The translations under genes and the position numbers were made by a program. DNA of 64,000 nt from IMG/VR virus record IMGVR_UViG_3300036958_000855, positions 19,652-83,651 of that record. The stretch is one strand, 5' to 3'. Below, one piece after another: positions 37,006 through 45,355 of this stretch; position 1 is the first letter of the stretch; each line of letters begins with the position of its first letter. The notes below the pieces were generated by a model. That model searched no databases and was not told where the DNA came from. It saw only the letters and a program-made list of their open reading frames with translations. The DNA comes from a virus (lineage: Duplodnaviria > Caudoviricetes).

Positions 37006-37318
37006 GCTCCGTCAGCACGGCGACGCGAAGCGACGCCTTTCGCTCCACGCGCACGACGCGCGAGTGCATGCTCATCCCCGCATCCATGAGGTTCGCGACG
37101 CACACGTTGAGCGTCTTGGGGATGTAGCCGATGTGCGTGCGCCGCACGCCGTCGTCGTCCAGCGCGAACACCTTGATGGCGTACTTGTCGAACTCGTTGT
37201 CTGGCTCCCGCTCCAAGTCCAGAAGCTCGCCGGTCTGGAGCACATCGGCGCGCTCTTGCGCGTGCGCCGGACGGTACGTTACCCCAGCAACCTCAAACGC
37301 CAGAAGTTTCACCAGCAT
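36986..37318 (-). CDS. Stand-alone HIRAN domain protein
   Basis: FEVAGVTYR...LDLEREPDNEFDKYAIKV...HIGYIPK. Confidence 0.9.
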   Translation of the reverse strand: MLVKLLAFEVAGVTYRPAHAQERADVLQTGELLDLEREPDNEFDKYAIKVFALDDDGVRRTHIGYIPKTLNVCVANLMDAGMSMHSRVVRVERKASLRVAVLTELGVDHA

Positions 37319-37610
37319 CGTTCTCCTCCTTCGTTCCCATGCGGCGCAGCAGCGTGCGCACGTCACCACCCATCCGATGCGCGGCGCAGATGACGCTCGC
37401 CGTCTCATCCGGGCGCTCGCTCAGCGCGCACAGCTCCAACGCGACCGTAACCGTAACTACCCCGACCCCATGCATGCCATCGTGGTCAAACCAGAGGCAG
37501 TGCCACAAGCGGTGCGCCCAAGCTGGGACAAGCAGGTATGGACGCAGGTGTGCAACCGCGTCGTTGCTGCGTCCATCCGGCAAGTCGTGCAAGCGCGCCA
37601 GCTCGCTCAT
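37293..37610 (-). CDS. Hypothetical protein
   Basis: ATGA-coupled start MSELARL. Confidence 0.45.
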   Translation of the reverse strand: MSELARLHDLPDGRSNDAVAHLRPYLLVPAWAHRLWHCLWFDHDGMHGVGVVTVTVALELCALSERPDETASVICAAHRMGGDVRTLLRRMGTKEENDAGETSGV

Positions 37611-37909
37611 TCGTCCTCTCCATTGAACCCTATCGAGTTGCATCCTGGGCATCGCCCTGCCTTGCCAATCGCAAGCGCGAATCTCTGACCGCAGAACGAG
37701 CAGCAGAACAATTCCGATTCCGGTTCCGGCAACGGCACCCCGGCGCGGAAGGCAGCGGCGCAGCGGGGGTGCATGCACCCGCGGGAAGTCCCGATGCACG
37801 GGTCGTCGTGCGCCCCACCACGAATCGGCTTCCCGCACCGCGCGCAGGTGCAGCTCGACCCCGCACCGTCCAAGCGCACAGACGCGAGCCGCGACCTTCT
37901 GCTTTTCAT
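37607..37909 (-). CDS. Double zinc-finger protein
   Basis: CARC...HPRC and CSFC...CPGC. Confidence 0.6.
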   Translation of the reverse strand: MKSRRSRLASVRLDGAGSSCTCARCGKPIRGGAHDDPCIGTSRGCMHPRCAAAFRAGVPLPEPESELFCCSFCGQRFALAIGKAGRCPGCNSIGFNGEDE

Positions 37910-38349
37910 GCAACCCTCACCCCGTACTCGTTCACGTAGAAGCTCTCCCCGTGCACGACGCCTTTTCCCTCGTAGGCTCGCAACGCCTCGCACAAGTCGA
38001 GCGTGCTCTTGCCCCTATCTGGTCCAGCCCACCAGATGACATGCTGCGCCCCGTCCCGTCGCTCGTTCGGCACGAGCCCCGCTGGCTCAAGCTCGATGAG
38101 GAGCATGGGGTCAACGCGAGTCATCCGCATGTAGCACCTGTGCCACGGACTCCACTGGAACCGCATTCGCAAGGCGCGCACGCGCTGGCCCAACGTCTCA
38201 GTCCTCACGGCGCCGAGCGCGTGTTCGTGGCGCGCCACGATGAGGCCCACCACCCGCTCACTCACCAGCGTCGCGCCGCACATCGTGCAGCACCCATCCT
38301 CATCCCCATCTGCAATGCCACACTTAGGGCAATACACTTCGTCACTCAT
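37906..38349 (-). CDS. Zinc-ribbon protein
   Basis: YCPKCG...CTMCG N-terminus. Confidence 0.6.
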   Translation of the reverse strand: MSDEVYCPKCGIADGDEDGCCTMCGATLVSERVVGLIVARHEHALGAVRTETLGQRVRALRMRFQWSPWHRCYMRMTRVDPMLLIELEPAGLVPNERRDGAQHVIWWAGPDRGKSTLDLCEALRAYEGKGVVHGESFYVNEYGVRVA

Positions 38350-38749
38350 CGTCAACCTCCTCCCCCCACCGTATCCCCTTTCCCGCACAGCCAGGGCACA
38401 AGCCGAAAGCGTCCCAGCCCACACCGCCACAAGCCGGGCACAAGTGCGTCGGCCTCAGTTGCGCACTGCGCGCACCGCGGGCGCGCAAGCGTGCGGTGAC
38501 CTCGATGCGGAACTCGTTCACGCAGCGGTGCATGATGCTGCCGCAGCGGAAGCCGGTGCCCGTGAGCAGGTTCAGCACCCGCTGCTCGGCACGCTCCGTT
38601 GGCACCGCCTCCAAGTAGGTGCGCAGCCGCTCCACGCACTCCTCGGGCCTCTTCGCCCACAAGCCGACGAGCCCGGCGCGCACCTTCTGCCAACGGTCAT
38701 CCGCCACGAGGTGAACGATGCGTTTGGTTCGGAAGGTGCGTCGAGCCAT
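38342..38749 (-). CDS. Protein with C-terminal DnaJ-type zinc knuckle
   Basis: CPACGGVG...CPGCAGKG. Confidence 0.6.
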   Translation of the reverse strand: MARRTFRTKRIVHLVADDRWQKVRAGLVGLWAKRPEECVERLRTYLEAVPTERAEQRVLNLLTGTGFRCGSIMHRCVNEFRIEVTARLRARGARSAQLRPTHLCPACGGVGWDAFGLCPGCAGKGIRWGEEVDDE

Positions 38750-38778
38750 CACCCCAGCCTTGCGCGCCGGGCGCCGGA

Positions 38779-40269
38779 TTATCCGACTACCCGCGCACCG
38801 ACACTCCCCGCGCCCGCGGCGCCACCGCGCTCCAGCTTGCGCGCGCCCTCGCGCGCAAACCACGAGGCCATCAGCCGGTCGCCCGTGTGCTCTTGCGGGT
38901 CGTAGTAGAGCATCTCCCCGACCCAAGCCGCGACCTCCGGGTCCATCTTCCCGCCAACGTTGGGGATGATCCAGCGCCCGCCAGCCATCTCCGCAGCAAG
39001 GCTCTCCACGCCAAACTCGGGGTTTGCCTTGTTGCGCCCGGTCGTGAAGGGAACGATGACCGCCTTGCTCCCAAGCGCAGGGGCGAACTGGAGGAGGAAG
39101 TCCTGCGCCGCGACGTTCTCAATGATGAACACACCACCGAAGCGCTGGTCGAGGTCCACCAGCTTCGCCACGATCTCGGGTCCGCTCCAGCGCCCGCTCT
39201 CGATATGGAGCACCTGGCGGGTGCCGTCCGGGTGCAGGAGGAGCGTGAAGAAGCACGTCAAGTCGCTGTGCGCGTGCCGCTGCACGGCGAGGTCAACGCC
39301 CGTGTAGAGCGCGTACCCGCCCTCAGGGAGCTGCACTACGCGGTCCACGCACTTGTAGCCGCGCCCGCGCTCCAGGCCACGCTCCACCCACTCGCGCTTG
39401 AACCGTGCCGCAGCATCGTCGCGCGCCAAGCACAGGAGCTGGCGGTTGGCCTCCAGGGGTCCGAGCGTCGTCATCGCCTTCGCGATGCGCTCCTTGGGCC
39501 AGACCGCAGGCCACGAAAGCTCCCCAGCATCGCTCACGACCGGGAAGCGGTACGAGGTGAAGCCGGGCATTGCGGCAAGGCGGTGCATGGCGTCGTCCGG
39601 GTGCCAGGCGTTGCCGACGCACGTGACGGAGCTGTTCTCGGTGAGGCGCGGGAGTAGGGTGCTCTGGACCCAGCGCCACGTGTCCTCGCGGGGTCCGGGT
39701 GTGCGCGTGTTCTCGTAGTCGAGGATGTCGTCAAGCACGAGGTCGTCGATGCGCGCCCCTGTGATGTTGCCGTGGATGCCGCACGCCTGGATGCTCGGGT
39801 CTTTCCCGATGACCGTGCGCTCGACCGTGATTGCCATGGCGGTCCACGGGAGGCTGATGTCGCGCGCCTTGCGCAGGTCCGGGAAGACCTGGTGCAGCTC
39901 ATCGCTGCGCTCGATGTACTGCGCGCACGTGCGCACAACCTTCTTCGCCTGCTCGCCCGTGTTGCTCACGACCACGATGCGCCGGTTGGGGTCGCGCCCA
40001 AGGCGCCAGAGGGGACGGCCAACGGAGAGCTGCGCGGTCTTGCCCGCCTCCACGTGCGCCCAGATGACAACGCGGTCGTGGTTGTCGAGGATGTCGTGCC
40101 ACTTGTCGTGCATGGGCGCCTGCACGATGTCCTTCCCCGTTCGCTCGTCGCGCAGCACCAGAGGGCAGAAGGTGCGGGCGTCGCGCCGCGCAACCTCCCG
40201 CCGTATGGCACGGGCGCGGGCGAGTGCGCTGCTCGCGTGCGCTGCCTGCTCAATGACCGGCGCTGGCAT
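38779..40269 (-). CDS. Terminase large subunit
   Basis: WAHVEAGKT (Walker A-like), ITGARIDDLVLDDI (Walker B), VGNAWHPDD, nuclease GVDLA...ENVAAQ...HTGDRLMASW. Confidence 0.92.
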   Translation of the reverse strand: MPAPVIEQAAHASSALARARAIRREVARRDARTFCPLVLRDERTGKDIVQAPMHDKWHDILDNHDRVVIWAHVEAGKTAQLSVGRPLWRLGRDPNRRIVVVSNTGEQAKKVVRTCAQYIERSDELHQVFPDLRKARDISLPWTAMAITVERTVIGKDPSIQACGIHGNITGARIDDLVLDDILDYENTRTPGPREDTWRWVQSTLLPRLTENSSVTCVGNAWHPDDAMHRLAAMPGFTSYRFPVVSDAGELSWPAVWPKERIAKAMTTLGPLEANRQLLCLARDDAAARFKREWVERGLERGRGYKCVDRVVQLPEGGYALYTGVDLAVQRHAHSDLTCFFTLLLHPDGTRQVLHIESGRWSGPEIVAKLVDLDQRFGGVFIIENVAAQDFLLQFAPALGSKAVIVPFTTGRNKANPEFGVESLAAEMAGGRWIIPNVGGKMDPEVAAWVGEMLYYDPQEHTGDRLMASWFAREGARKLERGGAAGAGSVGARVVG

Positions 40270-40627
40270 ACTCGGCCTCGTCGAAAAGCTGCACGTACCA
40301 CTCGCGCTCCTGCGCGAGGTACTTCTGGTTGCCTCCGGCGCTCAGAGCACAGCCGTGAACGCCCTCGCACACGTCCTGCACGTAGTTCATGCCATGCGCG
40401 CGCACGTCGGCGAAGTCGAGCCGGGCGGTGCGCACGACGCGCGTAGCGCCATTGTGACCGTGGATGGCAACCACGGCGTCCATGCTGTCGTAGACGGCGA
40501 CGCTCGTGTGCGCGGTGAGCCACGCAAGGACCACCTTGCCGTTGTCAAGGACCACGCCACGGGCGACCGTCCCCGTCCCACTAACCCCTGTCTCGTCCAC
40601 GTCGCGGCGAAGTTCAAACACGTCCAT
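40250..40627 (-). CDS. Conserved phage hypothetical protein
   Basis: DETGVSGTGTVARGV...W...S...Y...IHGHNG. Confidence 0.7.
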   Translation of the reverse strand: MDVFELRRDVDETGVSGTGTVARGVVLDNGKVVLAWLTAHTSVAVYDSMDAVVAIHGHNGATRVVRTARLDFADVRAHGMNYVQDVCEGVHGCALSAGGNQKYLAQEREWYVQLFDEAEYASAGH

Positions 40628-41276
40628 CTGTCCCTCCTTCCGGCGCGAGGCGCGCGAACCAGCGCAAGTCCTCAAGCGACCCATTCCAGCGGTTCAAGTC
40701 ACAGGGGGTGGGGATGCCGGGCACGGCGCCGGACCAGGAGTATTGCCACACAAGCCACTCGCCCCAGCCCGCGGGGAGCATGGGCGCGGGCTTGCCACGG
40801 GTGTCGGCGACCCACAGGGCGAAGCGGTCGAGCCCCTCGGGCAGGCCACCTATGGCGCCGCTCCACCAGCCAGCCATGGTGTAGAGGAGCGGGGCCAAGC
40901 CGGTGCGCTCCCAAGCACGCTCGCAGAAGGTGTTCACGCGCCGGGCACGCTCGGCCTTCGTGAGCCCCTCTCCCCCTGACTCGATATCGCACACGGGCGG
41001 GAGGATACCAGGGGGGAGGGGCAAGGGCTCCAGCCCAAGCAGAGCGTCGCACAAGCGGTCGGCCTGCGCCACTGGGTCCAAGGCGAGGCGGAAGAAGTGG
41101 TAGGCGCCACGGAGCATCCCCGCGGCACGGGCGCCAGACCAGTTCTCCGCAAAGCGCCTGTCCGGCTTCACACCATCCCCTGTGCGCAGCCAAGCGAAGC
41201 TCACGTGCTCCGCGACCGCACGCCAGCGTATCTGCCCGTTGTGGTGGCTCACATCTACGCCAAGAACGTCAGCCAT
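40614..41276 (-). CDS. GH25 muramidase (endolysin, catalytic domain only)
   Basis: GVDVSHHNG, GAYHFF, PPVCDIE, LWVA, WQYSWSGAVPGI...CDLN. Confidence 0.93.
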   Translation of the reverse strand: MADVLGVDVSHHNGQIRWRAVAEHVSFAWLRTGDGVKPDRRFAENWSGARAAGMLRGAYHFFRLALDPVAQADRLCDALLGLEPLPLPPGILPPVCDIESGGEGLTKAERARRVNTFCERAWERTGLAPLLYTMAGWWSGAIGGLPEGLDRFALWVADTRGKPAPMLPAGWGEWLVWQYSWSGAVPGIPTPCDLNRWNGSLEDLRWFARLAPEGGTDGRV

Positions 41277-41375
41277 GCTCTGCCTCCCACGGGTGCGGGT
41301 GCATCATCCCGTGCTCCGCCGCTCTCCGGGTCGCGTCTTCCGCCCGCTCGCGGTTCTTGGGGCTCTCGGGTGGGT

Positions 41376-41438
41376 TCTCGGAAAGCGCTGACCCCAGGAA
41401 TAATGGCTCTCGGAAAGCGCTGACCCCAGGAATAATGG
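41376..41438. repeat. Exact 31-nt direct repeat, 2 copies, 1-nt spacer, intergenic
   Basis: TCTCGGAAAGCGCTGACCCCAGGAATAATGG at 41376 and 41408. Confidence 0.95.
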
Positions 41439-41573
41439 GTGGGGTGGAGGGCTCCAGGGACACCGAGGCGAAAAGGGCGGAGACCCCTCCCCCTCCGGGG
41501 AGGGCGCCGAGGTGGGGGGAGCCCAGGGGGGAGTGGTGTTGGCGTGTCGAGGTGGTGGTGGTGCGGGTGTGGC

Positions 41574-41681
41574 TCACTGCTCCCCCCTCCCCATCTTGGC
41601 GAGGGTGCGGTCGACGAGGACGCCGCTGACCCAGCCGACGACGAAGGCGGAGCAGACGAGGATGAAGGAGGCGAGGCTCAT
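41574..41681 (-). CDS. 35-aa single-transmembrane protein
   Basis: Not in the ORF track. MSLASFILVCSAFVVGWVSGVLVDRTLAKMGRGEQ; ATGA overlap with the RHH gene stop. Confidence 0.55.
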   Translation of the reverse strand: MSLASFILVCSAFVVGWVSGVLVDRTLAKMGRGEQ

Positions 41682-42046
41682 GGTGCTGCTGGAAGCCCCT
41701 CATCAAGTAAGCGCGCCACGGCGCCCGAGCGGGTGAGGCTGTGCTCGGTGGCGTAGGCGTCGAGGCGTTGGAGGAGGGCTGGCGGGACAACCGCGGTCAC
41801 GCGCTCGTGTTCGACGTCGGCACGCGGGCGCCCGGCGCCGTTGCGCCTCCCGCCCCTCGCCGACACTGTGTCTGGTTGCGTTGGTGTCGTGTCGCGTGGT
41901 CGCGGTGCTGCTTGGCGCTTGGGGGAGGGGGGAGGGGTCCTATCAACGCTGTCGGGGTCGTCGAGGTGGCAGCCCCTGGGGCAGCGCACCCCGTAGACCT
42001 TGTCCTTGAGGACCGGGCTGCCGCACCGCTTGCACCGCTCTGCCAT
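41678..42046 (-). CDS. Zinc finger plus ribbon-helix-helix (CopG-like) DNA-binding protein
   Basis: CKRCG...CPRGC; RGGRRNGAGRP; ERVTAVVPPALLQRLDAYATEHSLTRSGAVARLL; AGGAG RBS. Confidence 0.75.
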   Translation of the reverse strand: MAERCKRCGSPVLKDKVYGVRCPRGCHLDDPDSVDRTPPPSPKRQAAPRPRDTTPTQPDTVSARGGRRNGAGRPRADVEHERVTAVVPPALLQRLDAYATEHSLTRSGAVARLLDEGLPAAP

Positions 42047-42077
42047 CTTTGATTCTCCTATGAGCGCTCCGGGCGCC

Positions 42078-42121
42078 GTTTGATTCCGGTATACATATAC
42101 CGGAATCAAACCTCGTGTCAA
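42078..42121 (-). promoter_or_regulatory. Sigma70-like promoter overlapped by a 34-bp palindrome
   Basis: GTTTGATTCCGGTATA-CA-TATACCGGAATCAAAC at 42078-42111; minus-strand TTGACA (42121-42116) followed 16 nt later by TATATG. Confidence 0.75.
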
Positions 42122-42885
42122 CGGCGGTCGGCTGCGGTGCGGTCGAAGTGGTAGTCGCCGTCCTGCTCCGGGCGCCCTCCCTTGTGAACGACGAGCCCCA
42201 GCTCCTTGGCGCGCTCCAGGGCGTGCTTCGCCAGCTCCACCTCGCGCTCAGCATCTTCGAGCGAGACGTTCGCAAGCTCGACTCCGACGATGCTTGTCGG
42301 CAGGCCACCGCGGAGGCGCTGCATCGTGAGCACGGTATCCGCGGCGCCGATGAGGGCGCGGGCGCTCAGCGAGAACCTGCCCATCACCTTCAACGCGTCG
42401 AGCACGTCCAGGTTGAGTGGCACCTCGACAATGGCGCCCGTCGCCGGGTCGCGCTGCGCCACGGCGCCACGTTCCAGAGCCGTGTTGACTCGCTCGGCCA
42501 GCTTGCCGATGCCGTTGACCAGCTTCGCGAAGGTGACGAGGCCTCCGAGCACGTCGTTCCGAGCGACCCGGAGGATGTTCTCCTCGACTTGGTTCGCCTC
42601 CGCCTCAAGCTCCCGTTGGCGCTGCGCCGTGTCGGCCAGAGCGGCTCTTCGCTGAATCTCCAAGTCGTGCTTCGCCCTCGCTGCGCGCTGTTCCTCCTCG
42701 GCTAGGACAGCCTGAATCGGAGGCGCCCAAGGCCAGACCTTCCACGGTGGGCCTCGGTAGGCTCTCCTGGCGAAGCGCCAGTCGATGCCGGTTGCGCGAG
42801 CGGCGCCTTGGTGGTCGCCTGGGTGGGTGCGGAAGTAGTTTTTGAGCTGTTCGTACAGCTCTGGTGTGAGGGGTCGTGCAGCCAT
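42118..42885 (-). CDS. Probable terminase small subunit
   Basis: N-terminal HTH-like segment (GAARATGIDWRFARR), coiled coil, upstream of TerL; position and architecture only. Confidence 0.5.
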   Translation of the reverse strand: MAARPLTPELYEQLKNYFRTHPGDHQGAARATGIDWRFARRAYRGPPWKVWPWAPPIQAVLAEEEQRAARAKHDLEIQRRAALADTAQRQRELEAEANQVEENILRVARNDVLGGLVTFAKLVNGIGKLAERVNTALERGAVAQRDPATGAIVEVPLNLDVLDALKVMGRFSLSARALIGAADTVLTMQRLRGGLPTSIVGVELANVSLEDAEREVELAKHALERAKELGLVVHKGGRPEQDGDYHFDRTAADRR

Positions 42886-43115
42886 ACCCTGATGGTGCCC
42901 GGTTGGGCACGATGCGTCAAGGTGCAGCCGTTCACCGACGCGATGCTACCGGATTGGGAGTGGTTGGGTTGTTGGTTGGTGGGAGTCGGCGTAGGCTTGC
43001 GTCATGGAGGCACGCAAGCGCGAGGTGTGCGTGGAGGGGGTGGTTGTGGCAGCGCAGGTGATGAGGCGCTACGGGCTGAGTGGTGAGCAGGTGCGGGAGG
43101 TGTTCGTGGCGTTGT

Positions 43116-43760
43116 TCACTGGGGAGAGTTGTGGGCGGTGCGAGCGTTGCGTTCGGCTCTGTGATGAAGCGCGCGGTTGGCGAGCTGCTGGTGGGAGAGG
43201 TGTGCAAGGTGCATGAAGAAGGCGTAGCGTCTGGGAGCGCCGGACCATTCGCATCTGCCGTTGGCGTAGGAGGCGATGGTGCCGATGGTGGTTTGGCAGC
43301 GGTTGTGGGATGCGGTGATGATGCGGGTGGCGACCCATGCGGCGGTGCGGGTTGCCTCCTGGTTCGTGCCGACCATTCGTTCCCACTCGTCTCCTTTCAC
43401 GTATCCGGTTCGTTGGAGTTGCCAGGGGGTGCGGGCACGGTGGACGATTGTTCCGTTCCGTAGCTTCGTGGCGTCACATTCGAACACGCGGCACCGCCCC
43501 TCGTGGACGTTCTGTGCGAAGGCGCTCTCCCAGAAGCCCTTCGTGACGAGGAGCAAGGCGAGCTGCTTCCGGTCGCCGGTCCACCTGGGTTTGCAGTCGT
43601 CGGTGTCGTACGGCACGTCGCAGGTTGCGCGCGCAGTGGCGTCCTCGATTGCGCTGGCGATGGTTCCCATGCGCGCCTCCCGCTCCTCCCACGACTCCGT
43701 GTCGTGCGCCGCGGGCGGTAGGCTCATCAGAACCGCCAAGATGTAGGATGAGGTGTTCAT
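43116..43760 (-). CDS. Putative lysozyme-fold / lytic-transglycosylase-like protein
   Basis: LALLLVTKGFWESAF (helix ending in ES) followed by PWQL; hydrophobic N-terminus. Confidence 0.45.
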   Translation of the reverse strand: MNTSSYILAVLMSLPPAAHDTESWEEREARMGTIASAIEDATARATCDVPYDTDDCKPRWTGDRKQLALLLVTKGFWESAFAQNVHEGRCRVFECDATKLRNGTIVHRARTPWQLQRTGYVKGDEWERMVGTNQEATRTAAWVATRIITASHNRCQTTIGTIASYANGRCEWSGAPRRYAFFMHLAHLSHQQLANRALHHRAERNARTAHNSPQ

Positions 43761-44143
43761 GGGCTGGGATTGTCGTCGGGCTTGGCATCCCCGGTCAACC
43801 CCTTCATGGCGTAGAAGTCGTGCACGCGCCTCCACAGCTTCACGGCTTCGACGAGCGCGCTCGCCTCCTTGCACGCAATCAGCGGGTAGGAGCGCTCCAG
43901 GATGTGCACCCACTTGTCCGCGGCTTGGAGCACGAGCACGACAGCGGGGACAGTCTCCGGGTCGAGCACGACCATCGCCGTCGGCTCCTCCCCCGTCATG
44001 TCCCACTCGACGTCGAGCACGCGGAACGCCGTCGTGTCCCCGTCTTCGCTTGTACTCAGTACAACCCGCTCCCCTACCCGCGGGAGGCGGGAGAAGTTGC
44101 GCCTCGTTATCTCCAGATGGCCCGTCGTGAACGTGACTTGCAT
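43757..44143 (-). CDS. Hypothetical protein (128 aa)
   Basis: Packed ORF. Confidence 0.55.
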   Translation of the reverse strand: MQVTFTTGHLEITRRNFSRLPRVGERVVLSTSEDGDTTAFRVLDVEWDMTGEEPTAMVVLDPETVPAVVLVLQAADKWVHILERSYPLIACKEASALVEAVKLWRRVHDFYAMKGLTGDAKPDDNPSP

Positions 44144-44154
44144 GTTTTCACCCC

Positions 44155-44601
44155 TTATCCACTCGTTTTCACAATGAAAGAGCGCGCAGTCCCCTCGTAA
44201 GATGCGAGAGCCCCGTGCCCGGCAAGCCTGGCGAGCCCGCAGGCCGCTGTGAAGTGCTCCTCCGCCACGAAGTACACCGCTACCTGCACGAGAGGCGCTG
44301 CCCTGTCGCCCAACGCACGGTGAAGCCTGTCGCTCACCGACCCTGGGCGCGCATCCGTGATGACGACCACGGTTTTCGTCGAGCGAGACAAGCCTGCCGC
44401 CGTTCCGAACGTGCCAGACTGCTCGTACATGAGACGAAGCCGCGGGAGCCCGCCCAGCACGCTCCGAACCACCGGGCGAATGCCGAAGATGTCCTCCGCG
44501 AGGTCCGCTTCCGCCACCTCCTGCTCAATCTCCACCGGCACCCCTGGCGCAGGCAGCCGTCGTGACAAGCGTGGCCCAAGATTCCGTCGGCGTCGCGTCA
44601 T
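44155..44601 (-). CDS. Hypothetical protein
   Basis: ATGA-coupled start MTRRRR. Confidence 0.5.
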   Translation of the reverse strand: MTRRRRNLGPRLSRRLPAPGVPVEIEQEVAEADLAEDIFGIRPVVRSVLGGLPRLRLMYEQSGTFGTAAGLSRSTKTVVVITDARPGSVSDRLHRALGDRAAPLVQVAVYFVAEEHFTAACGLARLAGHGALASYEGTARSFIVKTSG

Positions 44602-44906
44602 CCTGGCTCCTTGTAGCGCTCCGGGAGCGCGTCGATTGGGCACCCAAGGCGCACAGCAGCAGACGCAGCGCCAATGAGCGCCGCGTTGCCGCACACCACC
44701 CGCAGCACCACGTGCACCGGGACGCGCTCAAGCAGCTCTTCTTTGACCTTCATGGCCTCGACCGCGCTGAAGTCGCCAACCACGATGATAACGCCAGGCT
44801 CCGACGCCCTGTCCACCATGACACGCACGGCGCGTCGGCAGATGTCCTCGCACATCTGCTCGATGTCGAACAGGTCGAGCAAGGAGCCGCGCAAAACTCC
44901 GCTCAT
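44598..44906 (-). CDS. Hypothetical protein
   Basis: ATGA-coupled start MSGVLR. Confidence 0.5.
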   Translation of the reverse strand: MSGVLRGSLLDLFDIEQMCEDICRRAVRVMVDRASEPGVIIVVGDFSAVEAMKVKEELLERVPVHVVLRVVCGNAALIGAASAAVRLGCPIDALPERYKEPG

Positions 44907-45343
44907 GAGTGCTTGTCCCGCAGCCACGCCAGCACGTCGATGAGGTTCTTCGTGAACCCGGCGCCGGTCTGCTCCTTGAGCGTGGCGTGCGCTTGGCGCA
45001 ACTCGCGCAAGGCATCGGCGACCTCCGCCTTGGTCGGCTTGTGCGCGTGCACGACGGAGCCAAACGGAAGCTGGTCGGTCACGTCCCACACCTCCGCTGT
45101 GTTGCCGGTCACGCAGCACGCCCTCGTCCCGCCACGGAACGCGACCCCGAGCTGCTCCAGTTCGTGCAGCCTCCGATGGTAGCTCGGGTGTGGTTCGTTC
45201 GGGCGTTGCAGCATCGACGTCAGTTCGCCCGCCGTCATGGGACCGTTGTGGAAGAGGCAGTCGTAGACTTGCCATCGCGAGCGGCTCAGATACCCGTTGT
45301 CGTGAATCGCGCAGTACGCAGCCAAGCTCGTTCGTCTCGACAT
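44903..45343 (-). CDS. Winged-helix DNA-binding protein
   Basis: VYDCLFHNGPMTAGEL...YHRRLHELEQLG...W; GGAGG RBS. Confidence 0.7.
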   Translation of the reverse strand: MSRRTSLAAYCAIHDNGYLSRSRWQVYDCLFHNGPMTAGELTSMLQRPNEPHPSYHRRLHELEQLGVAFRGGTRACCVTGNTAEVWDVTDQLPFGSVVHAHKPTKAEVADALRELRQAHATLKEQTGAGFTKNLIDVLAWLRDKHS

Positions 45344-45355
45344 GCCTCCCTCCGT

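Noticed and set aside
41376-41438. Possible mini-CRISPR array from the 31-nt repeats
   Set aside because: Only a 1-nt spacer, two copies and no cas genes; the 45-nt repeat at 16226 is coding and has no spacer
41269-41790. 173-aa low-complexity minus-strand ORF
   Set aside because: Pro/Ser/His-rich product of the skewed intergenic region; overlaps better-supported small genes
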